Below, piece after piece: positions 12,862 through 26,354 of a stretch of DNA of 64,000 nt; the stretch's first letter is position 1, and each line of letters begins with the position of its first letter. Source of the stretch: Octopus bimaculoides (lineage: Eukaryota); NCBI RefSeq assembly GCF_001194135.2, contig NC_069000.1, positions 2,489,932 to 2,553,931 of the forward strand. Direction: 5' to 3'. Both the position numbers and the translations under genes were made by a program. The notes under the pieces were generated by a model, which was given only the letters and a program-made list of their open reading frames with translations, did not search any database and was not told where the DNA came from.

Positions 12862-12865
12862 TAGA
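12035..12865. repeat. Two compound trinucleotide arrays: (TCT)(CCA)(TCA)(CTA) and (TCA/CAC)(CTA)
   Basis: Directly visible at 12035-12470 and 12583-12860; source of the poly-H, poly-S, poly-D and poly-M ORFs. Confidence 0.95.
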
Positions 12866-13159
12866 GACCTATAGATTATTATTAGCATTGTTGTTGTTGT
12901 TTTCTAGTAACACAAAACTTGAATAAGAATAGCTATGAGGAGATTGATAAGGAGATGGTATCGAAATATTGAAAGTCAGCTCTTTTGAACTATAATTAAA
13001 AGAAAAAAATATCATAAATAAATAAAATAAAATAAAATGAAAAGAAAAACACTAAATCATTATGTCTTCCATCTTGCTTTATGAAGTTGAAAAGAAAATA
13101 CTGCTATTAAAAATAGTTGTTTGTACTGTAAGCAGAATACCAACAATTTCAAGGTTGTT

Positions 13160-13292
13160 TGGGCCCTCAACTGATATTTAATTTAATCGATCCTGAAATG
13201 TAAAGTGGGTCTCGTAAGGGTTATAATGTAAGGGTGGAAGAAGCATCGCGGTGCATTTGACCAGCGTGCTAAAGATTCTGGCAGCTCGCCGT
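13160..13292 (-). mobile_element. SINE family A, degenerate
   Basis: gcatttgaccagcgtgctaaagattctggcagctcgccg is the family A head; tcgatcctgaaa lies upstream. Confidence 0.6.
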
Positions 13293-13562
13293 GTTGTTAT
13301 CAGTTTAAAAGAATAACGTTCAGGTCTTTCTGAAATTACGATTCTCGTTAGCGTCTTCTCGTGTGCTTCCTTTTTGTATTGCTTTTACTCCTCGAAGGCT
13401 GTTCTTCTTCGCCTCGTGATACCTTCATAACAACTCTCACAAGTTGATCTTCCCATCCCGTCTCAGCCATAAATTCAAGTTTTCTTCCTCTGAAACTTCA
13501 TTACTGACCATGCCTAATTTATTTTTACATATATATATATATATACATGTATATATATACAT

Positions 13563-13803
13563 ATAAAATAAAATAATAAATGCGCCCTTTTAAAGCCTAG
13601 CCAAGATCATGGGCCCGGTTTCCCGGTTTCTATGGAGTATGTGTTCCGCAGCTGGACGGGACGCCAGTCCATCGCAGCGTTACTCACTTTTGCCAGCTGA
13701 GTGGACTGGAGCAACGTGAAATGAAGTGTTTTTCTCAAGAACACAACGCGGCGCCCGGTCCAGGAATCGAAACCACAATCTTACTATCATGATGCTCACA
13801 CTC
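13563..13803 (-). mobile_element. tRNA-derived SINE with V-domain-like core and (TTTTA)n tail
   Basis: Minus strand shows B box gtttcgattcc, then gttgctccagtccactcagctgg, then gctgcgatggactggcgtcccgtccag (resembles the V-SINE core), ending ggctttaaaagggcgc plus a short A/T tail. Confidence 0.75.
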
Positions 13804-15028
13804 CATACATATATTCATGTTCATGTAAATTTAGCTTTAGAATTTACCTATAGCTTTTTTGAACACACCTTTGTAAATCTGTAATTGTAGTTCACTGTTA
13901 TTGGTGTTTGATGCTTTTATACTAAATCCCCAACAACTTGCGAATGCACGGTTTATTTGAGTGCGTTTATTTCATATTACCATTACATAAGAAGCAGTGT
14001 TTACGTCTTACTTGCTTCAATGGTTTGAAAAATGAACTCTTACCTAATCTTAAACGTTTATTGGATTAAACGCTAGCATTTAATTTGGATTAAATACTTG
14101 TACGATTGCATTGATTTTCTAAATTACATTATGATTAATGGAGTTAATTGCGATGATTGAGGTTGTTATTAGCGTCTAAACAACTGAACATTTTCTCGTC
14201 TTGTAAATCTCTATTTTCTGTTAAGAGAATTATTTAGAATTTTCTGAAATATATCAGCTGCGCGGTATTTGCTTTGTATTGTGTAGTTTACCTCGACATC
14301 AAAAGGAAAACATAATGATTGCAGATCGATTCAAAAGGGAGCCGGCTTACAGCTTAATAGCCATTATTTCCGAGGTTTGTATATCCATTACAGCACAATT
14401 TTGATGTTATTGGCGAAATGGTCTAATATCTAACGACATAATTTAAAATTGTTTCTTTCTAATTTAGGTGGTAGGACAGCAATCTTAAGATACGGGTGTT
14501 TGTCGATATCATCATTTTCAGAACTTCACTGCTATTTTGTTTTTTCGATTTTGGAAAGAGAAAAAGCAAGGCTAAAACCGGTATGTAGGGAACCGGAAGA
14601 AATATTACAAGACGTTTTCCCACCGTTCTAATACACCATTTTAAAACCGACAAGAAGGATTCTAAATGAGGGAGATTTCTGTGTTCCATGGATGAGTGGG
14701 TGGGTCGCATAAGGGACCATAAAGTAAAAGCCTAATTCTTCATTACGGTTTCCTTTAAGCATATACCTCAACGTATCTGATTGAGAGGGAGGATGACAAT
14801 CGCATCAAAAAGGCAAAGAAACAAAGAAACAAATAGAGAAGATAAATAGTTGTATATTGGACGAATGAAGTCACATTCCGAACGAACATAGTAAATTAAC
14901 AGGAATAACTGTTGTCAAAAGAATATCTTAAATATCTGGTTTTCTGTTACTCATTCTGACATATATGCCCAGCTGTGTTGAAAAACCAGGCTTGCGGTGA
15001 TGTATCTGAAATGCGTGTCGTGCATGCG

Positions 15029-15029
<1 letters not shown>

Positions 15030-15087
<58 letters not shown>
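15030..15087. repeat. (AC)n
   Basis: Directly visible. Confidence 0.95.
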
Positions 15088-15089
<2 letters not shown>

Positions 15090-15540
15090 CAGAGCATATA
15101 TCAAATTTAGAAATTTTTGCACAGTTTCACTCACCGATTTTCTTACGGCAATCTTTCTGCGAAGTTAAACCTATGGCACATGCTTACCAAATGAATCTCA
15201 AAGTGAGATCGAACTCACAATATTTTACTTCTAAACAATAAAGCCAATCTTCTGATACGTAGCAAATAATATTTTACTACATTTTATTTTGACTCACCTA
15301 GTCTTTTGACATTTGGTAGCAAGGCCAATAAACACACAATGAATATCACACAGACAGACACACGCATTAGATACACACACGCACGAACAAATACGTATGC
15401 ATGTAGGAGTTGATGTGGCTGCATGTATGTGTAAATGTACATGTGTATCAGTGAGGTTATTTATATACATATGTAAATATATATTTGAAAACATAAACTT
15501 TTAAATAATGTGTAAGTAACTATTTATATGTTGTCGCCTA

Positions 15541-15542
<2 letters not shown>

Positions 15543-15602
<60 letters not shown>

Positions 15603-16060
15603 NNNNNNNNNNNNNNNNNNNNNNNNNNNNNNNNNNNNNNNNNNNNNNNNNNNNNNNNNNNNNNNNNNNNNNNNNNNNNNNNNNNNNNNNNNNNNNNNNN
15701 NNNNNNNNNNNNNNNNNNNNNNNNNNNNNNNNNNNNNNNNNNNNNNNNNNNNNNNNNNNNNNNNNNNNNNNNNNNNNNNNNNNNNNNNNNNNNNNNNNNN
15801 NNNNNNNNNNNNNNNNNNNNNNNNNNNNNNNNNNNNNNNNNNNNNNNNNNNNNNNNNNNNNNNNNNNNNNNNNNNNNNNNNNNNNNNNNNNNNNNNNNNN
15901 NNNNNNNNNNNNNNNNNNNNNNNNNNNNNNNNNNNNNNNNNNNNNNNNNNNNNNNNNNNNNNNNNNNNNNNNNNNNNNNNNNNNNNNNNNNNNNNNNNNN
16001 NNNNNNNNNNNNNNNNNNNNNNNNNNNNNNNNNNNNNNNNNNNTATATATATATATATAT
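15543..16060. repeat. (CT)n / gap / (TA)n
   Basis: Gap at 15603-16043 flanked by dinucleotide repeats. Confidence 0.95.
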
Positions 16061-16747
16061 GTAGACACAAAGATACACACATAAATTTAATAACTTCCAT
16101 ATCTAAACATTTATTCGTGTACAACACTCACTCAATTTCCCTCTTTCTTTCACTGCTATTTTCTACTTCAACTAACAACTAACAACCAACAACTAAATCT
16201 TTTATTTACGTTCTGAATTATGAATTCATTTAATTTATTTTTCAGTTAACCTTACACTGGAAGAAAAAGTCATTTCACAATGGCTTTTGTATGTTTTTCT
16301 ATAGCCTCTATTGACTTAATGCTAGCAGCATTATGTTCCGTTACTCCAAATAGACATTTTAATGGAAGTAAATATTGTAGCTTTCTGTTCGATCACACGA
16401 TTAGTTCACAATTTACATAAATATGACTTTGTGTTGTATTGATATTGTCTAAATATATTTTATTTACTAACAAGAATGTAGTTATGGTTACAGCAATGAT
16501 TGTCTGATATTGACTGAGAAAATGTTTATGAAAACAAGATAAATCCATATGCGTTGAGTAGAGAACAGAGAGATATATCTACATTTATTTTTAATCATAG
16601 AAGTCAATACGTACGTGCGTAAGTGTATGTAAATACATACAGTAATATACACGGACAGCCAGAACAAAATACGTATGATATGCATGTGTGCTTGTGTGTG
16701 ACTATGTGGATATCTACGTATGTAATTATCGGAATGTAAATGATATT

Positions 16748-16811
16748 TGTGTGTGTGTGTGTGTGTGTGTGTCTGTGTGTATGTATGTACTACCATTGTT
16801 ATCAAGTGAAC

Positions 16812-16871
<60 letters not shown>

Positions 16872-16948
16872 TAGTTTTATTTTATTTTATTTTTTTATTA
16901 TTATTATTATTATTATTAGTAGTAGTAGTAGTAGTATTATTATTATTA
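16748..16948. repeat. Compound (GT)n, (TTA)n, (TAG)n
   Basis: Directly visible. Confidence 0.9.
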
Positions 16949-17103
16949 TGGAAGGCTCTCATATAGTTCTCAATTGCCGGTTATTCTTTCTTCTTTGAAA
17001 TCAGGCAACAACAAATCACCAAAGGTTTCAAGAAGTGCCTTCTCCTGTGATTGAAAGAGACAATACTCTCCTTAGAATGCGAGCTGTACACAGCAATTCT
17101 GTC

Positions 17104-17144
<41 letters not shown>

Positions 17145-17720
17145 CTTTTTCTTCTTCCTCGTCTTCTTCTTCTTCTTCTTCTTCTTCTTCTTCTTCTTCT
17201 TCTTCTTCTTCTACTTCTTCTTCGTCTTCTTCTTCTTCTTCTTCTTCTTCTTCGTGTTCTTCTTCTTCTTCTTCTTCTTCTTCTTCTTCTTCTTCTTTTT
17301 CTTNNNNNNNNNNNNNNNNNNNNNNNNNNNNNNNNNNNNNNNNNNNNNNNNNNNNNNNNNNNNNNNNNNNNNNNNNNNNNNNNNNNNNNNNNNNNNNNNN
17401 NNNNNNNNNNNNNNNNNNNNNNNNNNNNNNNNNNNNNNNNNNNNNNNNNNNNNNNNNNNNNNNNNNNNNNNNNNNNNNNNNNNNNNNNNNNNNNNNNNNN
17501 NNNNNNNNNNNNNNNNNNNNNNNNNNNNNNNNNNNNNNNNNNNNNNNNNNNNNNNNNNCTTATTCTTCTTCGTCGTCGTCGTCGTCGTCGTCTTCTTCTT
17601 CTTCTTCTTCTTCTTCTTCGTCGTCGTCGTCGTCTTCTTCTTCTTCTTCTTCTTCTTCTTCTTCTTCTTCTTCTTCTTCTTCTTCTTCTTCTTCTTCTTC
17701 TTCAAATTATTATTATTATT
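17104..17720. repeat. Compound (TTG)n-(TTC)n-gap-(TCG)/(TTC)n
   Basis: Directly visible; gap at 17304-17558. Confidence 0.95.
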
Positions 17721-18934
17721 TAAAGGGCCTTAAAAATGGCTTCAAACATTTAATCCAGGATTTTTCGTTCTACATTTAAATACAGGTGAGTTCAAGATTG
17801 CCTTTTATCCTTCTGGATAAAACCCCGGGTGTCGACGGAGTTGGGGGTACATACTGCCCTCACAATTATGTAGAGAAAGAATAACACCTAAACATTTACA
17901 ATTCAAGAAGTACATGTTCTTCAAAGCATTAAAAAGCTAAAATCTCCATATGCATATAAACCCTTTTGTCTCCATAAAATGAGGCAAAAATTATTTCTTG
18001 TCGTCACTAAGTGAAATCAATCTTACTGACGTTAAAAATTGGATTTTATTGTCCGATTAACATCAACTGTAATATAGACCCCTGTTAATGAAGATGTTTA
18101 TTAATTGGCCGACGCTATACAGGGATCCAATTTGCTCTGCAATGTTGCATCATATCTCTTCGGAAGCATGTATGGACCATCAAATGTCCATGTCGTACCA
18201 CGGGGGGAAGTTTTGCACTCATGAAACCGACAACATCATAAGAATTGAAAAGAGTGCCTTGAAAAGTATTCCGTAATCGACGACATTGGATACACATCCA
18301 GAAAAAGTTACGCGTGACAAACGCAAAATGTCATCCGGTTGTCTTTTGATATAATGACGTTTATATGCCCGATAGAAAACGAATAACGAAAGTTACGTCA
18401 AAAATATACTGGGAACTTTGGGTAAATGATGAGAATAAGGAAATATTTAAGAGTAGTCAATAATAAATCATAATCGTAGATTTTCGTTTCTATTCCAGAA
18501 CTTCATTTATTTAACTTATAAAGGTAGCAACATAAAAAATAAGACATTCCTTATAAAAGAGCAAGATACATATAAAAGAAATTGAGAATTGTCAAATCAT
18601 ATCGAAACGCGAAGAAAACTAATATCTGAAAGTTAACAGAAAGGCTGCGTATATGCAAACAAAAGATGATGCATGGCAGGATAAAATACGTTACATATTT
18701 ATAAATATGAACAACTCTGAATCACAGACAAAGGCAGATCTGGGATTTGTCTTCGTTATTAAAGCAATTTCGAACTGAATAACCTTTGACGTGACTGTCA
18801 AATATTTGCTCTGGCTAAATGTCATAAAATTGTCAACATGCCAACAAAAGCTTACTTAATTTTCTCCTGTGATATTTCCTGTTGAAATTCCTTCTTGTCG
18901 GTCCCCTCTCTCTAAAGTTGCTGTCTTGTTGCCA

Positions 18935-18937
18935 ATG

Positions 18938-19001
<64 letters not shown>
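18935..19001. repeat. (AAT)n
   Basis: Directly visible. Confidence 0.95.
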
Positions 19002-19003
<2 letters not shown>

Positions 19004-19104
19004 CATGGGCGACTGCTGGTCTTCCACAAACAACCTTGCCTGGACTTGTGCCTCGGAGGGCAACTTTCTAGGTGCAATCCCATGGTCATTCATGACCGTA
19101 GAGG
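19002..19104 (+). mobile_element. SINE family C, 3' half
   Basis: gcatgggcgactgctggtcttcc...ctaggtgcaatcccatggtcattcatgacc recognised from memory as an octopus SINE 3' region; ends in a GGTCAT-TC-ATGACC hairpin. Single copy in the window. Confidence 0.5.
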
Positions 19105-19519
19105 ATTTCCTCCTCCTCCTCCCCCCCCCCAATAATCAGAATTAGAAGAGCTTGACAGATCTTTTGTAAGTTAACCATTACGACTGAGCGTACACTTACA
19201 GCAAGATGACCAGGTCACGCTCAGTCGAGGGAAACCAGTCGATGTGGACGATGCAATTCCTCTCAGTAAAAGGGAGTATCATAGGCTTCTCGGTGGATTT
19301 GCTTTCCTTGGACACTTGGACCAGTGAAAAGCACTGAAGAAATCCCACAATCTATAGAGTTACAAAGTTCATTATTTTAAGGCGCACATTTGTTTATTTG
19401 CTCATCATTGCCGATCACTCTTCGAATCATCGTGTGGATTAATTCTTTATTTGTTTATTTCTTTTTTTCTGTCTTCCTTTTTTTCCTAACTTTTTTTCCT
19501 AACTATTTTCTCTTTTCCT

Positions 19520-19557
19520 TATCTCTCTCTCTCTCTCTCTCTCACTCTCTCTCCCTC

Positions 19558-19627
<70 letters not shown>
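19520..19627. repeat. (CT)n
   Basis: Directly visible. Confidence 0.95.
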
Positions 19628-19630
<3 letters not shown>

Positions 19631-22628
19631 TATTTTATGTTTATTTCAATTTATCTTATCTTGTACATTGTATCCCTGTCTATTTCACTTGATTGACAGC
19701 TTGGAGACACGCCCGCCTCAAATTTCTTAATTGTTGGTATTCTGATTAGAAGTTTTACTTCCAAATCTTTTGGTTAATCAACAAGTCATGGCTCTCCCGT
19801 TTACGTGACTTCCTGATGAGTTGGCACCTCATGTAGTACACAGTCTAAATAACTGCATTATGCTTACGTCAAAAACAAACAAACAAGCGAATAAATCTGT
19901 TGAAACGATTCTATCAGTTCCAGGAAATATGTCCGTCTCTTTCTAGTACACACACACACACACACACACATGTGTGTATATATAGAATGAAAGATGGGGG
20001 GAGTGAGAAAGACCAGGAGACAGACGTACGTATGCATACGCGAGGGCCAGGACGTTAGCTTTTTATGTATACACGTATATGACAAAAGCTTATAAGATGT
20101 GTAATAGTACAGATATACACACGCATTAGCAAGCACACACACAAACACGCATGTACACAGGAGTTAATTCTAAGTGAATAGGGAAAATGTTGGGTATTTA
20201 ATTCCATAGAAATATGCATTTTACAGCAGATGGCTTCCAGTTGGGAAGTAAACTTTTCCATGAATGTATTTTTTCAGCACAAGAAGAAATAGTAGGATAT
20301 AATATTAATATTAATTTTCGAAACCATTATATCGCCTGTAGTAAAGTGGAGTTATAATACTTATAGTTACATGGGGAAAATAAGCAAAAAAAAAAAAAAA
20401 AATTACTGCTGAGACATGTTTAACCAAGTTGCAAACTAAGCACATATTGAATGTGNNNNNNNNNNNNNNNNNNNNNNNNNNNNNNNNNNNNNNNNNNNNN
20501 NNNNNNNNNNNNNNNNNNNNNNNNNNNNNNNNNNNNNNNNNNNNNNNNNNNNNNNNNNNNNNNNNNNNNNNNNNNNNNNNNNNNNNNNNNNNNNNNNNNN
20601 NNNNNNNNNNNNNNNNNNNNNNNNNNNNNNNNNNNNNNNNNNNNNNNNNNNNNNNNNNNNNNNNNNNNNNNNNNNNNNNNNNNNNNNNNNNNNNNNNNNN
20701 NNNNNNNNNNNNNNNNNNNNNNNNNNNNATATGCATGAGGAAGTGGAAGAGGTGGAGAGGGAATGTGAAAGACGAATCCAGAGACTGATGGAGACACAAA
20801 TAGGAAGCAAAGAGATTCTTCCTATTTTATGTACGAATCGAAAATTGTCTTTATGCGTTCAGAAAAATATTTTCTTCTTTTGTTTCTGGTTTTTTACTTT
20901 AGATACCCGTATCTTGAGGCAATAGAATATTCCTTGTGCAATTGCTGTTCCTTTATTTTTGCTTTCTCGAAAAGCAGCTTTAGAAAAACATATTCCTCGA
21001 ATTAAGCATGGCAGGTATTCATGTAGAACGTTGTGATATTATGATAATCTGGAAAAAAAACAGTAAGTATATTAGATTGTTTATCGTAAGTAAATTTTGT
21101 TATGTTCTAGCTACAGACATTTTAGTGTATTGAAATGTTGACAGAATACTCTATTTCTCATTTTCTAATGTATAAATATACATAATTACAGAGATGTACT
21201 TGCATAGCAAGTGACCTGGTCTCAGATCGTGTGCTGGAATCGGAGAACACTTTCTTTTCTTAAATGAAATGAAACATATATTTGTATTTGAAAAATCAAA
21301 TCTCATTAAATAGAATATAAAACGGGATGCTTATATGTGGAATATATTTGAATAGATATAAGAACTAGATCAGTATTAAATAACATATGACATTTATTTG
21401 GGTAATTTCTTTTTAAATTTCTTCGTATCATTTCAACCTGAATTTAAAACATTGGTATTCGAATCTCTCCCAATATATATAAACCGTTCCTCTGGTCTTC
21501 ATTAACTTGGGAGTACATTTGTATCAAATATTCCAAAACATTTGGAAACACTTTGATTGTTATCGTATTATACTCCGTATCAAATTTCGACAGATGTAAA
21601 ACCAAATGCAAAACATGGATAACCTTGAAGCCAATGTCAGTTAGATAAACACTTCTATATTATTGAGAATCATACACAAATTATACAATTAATTCACTCG
21701 TAATATAAGAGGGAACTAGATGTGATAAAAGTATCACTTGCCAACATTAATATATTCAAATAGCCGGAGTGGATTGTATATCGTATCGTGAATACTGCCA
21801 CACTTTAGCCACTTTGTCGTCATTTACCGTAGTAAATAGCAATAAATATTTCTGATAAACACTTTAAATTTCAGGGCAGTAAAAGTCTTCAAATTATGAC
21901 TTTTACTGCCACATCGTTGAACATTTAAGTGAATAAATAAATAGGATTGCAAGTATAAGTGTCGGTATGCTGTTGACTATACACTGTTAGAATTTTACAT
22001 GCAGCAATATCATACATGAGGTAGGAACACATAAGATTCTATTAGATTTTGTACTGAGAAAGTAGGTTATGGTGACTTAACCTATGCAGCTTTTTTAGTA
22101 TCCATTCAAAATATGGAATGAGCTGAGCAAAAAGGTATATTTCCATACATATATGATATTCATACTACTATGCACATACAAAACACACGCCCGTACACTC
22201 ACAAACACACACACACACGAATTCACATATGAGAGACACATATCGCCTGTTTCCAGTTGATTGGCACACCCATATCACACTCGGATGCACTACATACACT
22301 TGTTTTCTATAAACACATACCGTATATTTACAATTATTAAGCATATACAAATCATGCACTCATACGTACACACATTAAACCACAACCATACATGACACTT
22401 TCGTACATACGCACACATGCACAAGCAGATATTTTATTTTCATACGTGTTACGTATTTGCATTCAACAGCCACATCCAAATCACTGATAATTGCTACAAA
22501 AACGCACAATACGCGTGGGTATAGTCTCATATATTCGCACTTCCAATGCACGCAAAATGCACGCACGTGACCACCGAACCGAAACATTTCATATAAACAT
22601 ATATAACGAATATTCAAGTTCACCCAAC

Positions 22629-22632
<4 letters not shown>

Positions 22633-22713
<81 letters not shown>
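22633..22713. repeat. (AC)n
   Basis: Directly visible. Confidence 0.95.
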
Positions 22714-22717
<4 letters not shown>

Positions 22718-23555
22718 GAGGTGAATTAGTGAGCGATTAAAAAAGCGAAGGTAGTAAAACCCATAGAAAATCTGGAGGGAAATACTCTAATGTTAAACCT
22801 AACCAACATCTCGCTTCCATAGAAGCTGCGAATGCCTTGAACAGTTTTTCCGTCATGATGTTCCATCAATGAGGAGGTGGTAAGTGTACCTGGGACAGGC
22901 ACTTGCTTCTGGTTAGACGCAGACACAGAAAATCTGTTTAAGTTACCGTCTCTGCAATACCGCAGGCGAACGTCGGAAAAGGCCGATCATCCATTCTCTG
23001 AGGTTTTAGCGTATTTTCGGAAACAGAAAATAAAAAGAACCATATACAAGAACACAATGGACATTGCTAGAAGACACAGGTTTCAAGTAGGAATTCATTT
23101 GATCTTAGCTTAGTTGGATCTAAACAGTGTTGATGCTATACGATCTTAGTAAAGATACCAAGAGCTTACATTACGCAAGCAAAAGCACATACAGAGACGC
23201 ACATTCTGAAAACCACTACAGCACACACATCAAACAGAAGTATTCATAAACATTTACACCATTTACGCAGATATTGCATTTGGTGCGTGACATAAATACC
23301 AAATCTTGGCTGAATATCTTCTAAGAACAGGATGGGAACGAAAGGCATTATATGTATGGTTTCGTAACTTACACTATCCACAGAAATGAACATGCGGATG
23401 CTTCCTCCAGCAGCACAGGAAACATAATCTAAAAGCACAATATTCGGCAACATAATATATATATAATACCGATACTTGAAAGCGAATATAAAGATAAAGG
23501 AAATTGCTGTACGAGTATATATATATATATATATGTGTGTGCGTGTGTTTATAGG

Positions 23556-23594
<39 letters not shown>

Positions 23595-23808
23595 NNNNNN
23601 NNNNNNNNNNNNNNNNNNNNNNNNNNNNNNNNNNNNNNNNNNNNNNNNNNNNNNNNNNNNNNNNNNNNNNNNNNNNNNNNNNNNNNNNNNNNNNNNNNNN
23701 NNNNNNNNNNNNNNNNNNNNNNNNNNNNNNNNNNNNNNNNNNNNNNNNNNNNNNNNNNNNNNNNNNNNNNNNNNNNNNNNNNNNNNNNNNNNNNNNNNNN
23801 NNNNNNNN

Positions 23809-23846
<38 letters not shown>

Positions 23847-24157
23847 AAAATGTGTAAATATTTGAGTAAATGTATGTAAGTATACTTTATATTGTGCTTC
23901 CGTGTATACGCAAGCGTACGTGCATAAGTGTGTGTGTGTTTGTGTGTGTGTGAGGGAGCGTGCGTGTGTGTGTGTATTTCTATATTTTCATGTCAATACA
24001 GCTATTTTCAACTCTTATACTCCTTATATATGGTTTCTATTTTTATGTTCCCGAATTGTTACATTTTTATGATTTTTCATACTTACAGTTTTTGATATTT
24101 CTAAACAGTATTCCAGCTAAAAGCGTGTGTATGTGTGTGAGTATCCGTGTGTGTGTG

Positions 24158-24193
<36 letters not shown>

Positions 24194-24306
24194 GATGCGT
24201 GCGCGCGTGTGTATGCGTTTTGCTGGAATCAGTTCAGTAGATATTGGTTACTTTCAAATATGTTGAATACGAAAAACCACTGTAGCGTTTCATAAATATA
24301 TATATA

Positions 24307-24565
24307 TACGTGATCTGATCAATAAGTATCCAGACTTTTGCGGTAGTAACGAAGATAAAGCATGCAGAATGAAGCGGCCAGACGCAGATTGACTTAAAAT
24401 GCTGTTGCGCATGTGCACTAAGCTTTGACGTTCTAGCGTGCTTTCGCTATTTACAGCAATGATTGGAAGGAACGTGTGTTGCGTGCGATCGTCGCAATGA
24501 CCATGACAGAAAGTTGAGCAGAGAATCTACATCAAAAGCTTGGCGGTAACTCTTCAGAGGCCTAA
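24307..24565 (+). mobile_element. Mariner transposon remnant: left TIR, 5' UTR and decayed transposase N-terminus
   Basis: TA|cgtgatctgatcaataagtatccagact is a mariner-type TIR in a TA context. The frameshifted coding start at 24503 reads M-T-E..VEQRIYI..KLGGNSSEA, like the mariner EQRxxIKF..KLG..ET motif. Confidence 0.75.
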
Positions 24566-24716
24566 GTAAAATTTTCAAAAAGTTTTCATCTTTCTCGACA
24601 CAATCAAGATCTTGTGCAACTGAAACCCGAATGTCGTTGTGGTCAGCTCGAAACAGTTCCGGCACAAACTTAGCAGACACGAGTCTCATATCCAAATCTT
24701 TAGTGATAGTAGACTG

Positions 24717-24721
<5 letters not shown>
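24566..24721 (-). pseudogene. Mariner transposase internal fragment, inverted relative to the left end
   Basis: Translation VQSTITKDLDMRLVSAKFVPELFRADHNDIRVSVAQDLDCVEKDENFLKIL contains the mariner W/FVPxxL linker and the helix preceding the first catalytic Asp. Confidence 0.85.
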
Positions 24722-24766
<45 letters not shown>

Positions 24767-26063
24767 ATAATATTTTAAAATGATATCAAGTGCCATAGCA
24801 TGCTTAAAAGATACAAGAAAAGAATGAGCACTGATCATCTATGTAGCAACTCAGAGTTACGTAGCATGCGTTTGGTGAGTCTTCTGAAACATGTGTAGTA
24901 CGTATCTATCATTTTGATCCTTCACCCACAGACGGAATGTTGCTAAATCAGCAACGATCTTTTTCGATAAATACTGGAGTTGTATAGTAGCAGCTATATC
25001 GGAATTTCCGCTTCATTCATTGTGGGACGAAGTATATTGAATATATTGATTGATAAACTTTATTGATTATCATCAGCTTTTTGTTATTTATACAAGGCGT
25101 TATCTATAGATCTGGCTAACCAACTATATTCGACCTGTCTATGGTTCCAATATGTATATATATATATATTGGCATATATGTATATGTATATACGTGTATG
25201 TATTTTCATTGATATATACTTTTGTCGATTTTGATTGAATGAAGATGAGAAAAATTGAATATATAAGCATATAGGAATATAAATTTTGCAATACCTTTTC
25301 GTCAGGAATACCCAATGTTTGTGTGTGACTGAACATTTCATATCCTCGCTTGTTGTCGTTTCAACAATATTTTTATAAAATGCGCTCACGACTGAGAGCT
25401 TCATTCAAATTATCATCGCAACATCAGTGAAGTCTAAACTGCAACTGGCGTATGTCTGTAATTATCCAGTGACACACAGCTATATGTATTCGCTCACAAT
25501 CTGATATTTGTCTTCATATCTAGAGAACTGTTAACTTAGATTGTAAAAAATTGATGAGATTCCAACTTTAAAATGGAACTTCTTCCCATCCAGCTTCGAA
25601 TCATCTTGCATTAGAATACTTTAACCCAACTTTTCATTCACTCTCAGTGTCCATAGGTTTCATATAGATTATCTATTCATCTTTATAGATTGTCCGATCG
25701 TTACACGATACCTAGGAATAAACAGTAATTCCTAATATGTCTATATATATTTTACTTTTGAAATACCAAATGTTCCCCTATTTTGTCTGGATGTAGTTAT
25801 TCTTTCTCTATATATTTGTATATATATATGTATATATATATATATTTACACATATACACCCCACAGTACATGGGAAAATATCTTTTGAAATCTAATCCAT
25901 ATAATGATTTAGTGAAAGATGACTATCAGTTTCCTTTATACATTTTATCTCTATGGACATTTTAAAGCTTTAGAAACTGGACATCAATGAGGCAGAGCTA
26001 CACATAGCACTCTGCAGTCTGCAGACAGAGAAACTCCACCGCCACATATATCTATGTAGCAAT

Positions 26064-26103
<40 letters not shown>

Positions 26104-26261
26104 TATATTCATAATATATACGTATGCTCAGTTCACTCCATGGCAAAACATATTGTTATATATAAGTCCGCATTTTTGTAATAGAATAAATTCGGGAAGA
26201 TATTTGCATTTATATATATACATAAGAATTAAACATACTGATATAAATGCATGCGTATTCG

Positions 26262-26280
26262 TCATCATCATCCGCATCAC

Positions 26281-26354
<74 letters not shown>

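Noticed and set aside
11665-12926. Long ORFs with poly-D/G, poly-S, poly-H, poly-M and poly-T
   Set aside because: All are translations of the same trinucleotide arrays in several frames and on both strands; no domain or splice context
19813-19835. CTGATGAG motif
   Set aside because: No downstream GAAA; likely a chance match
24874-25040. GTGAGT...CACAG mini-intron with flanking exons
   Set aside because: Spliced frames hit stops quickly and no peptide is recognisable
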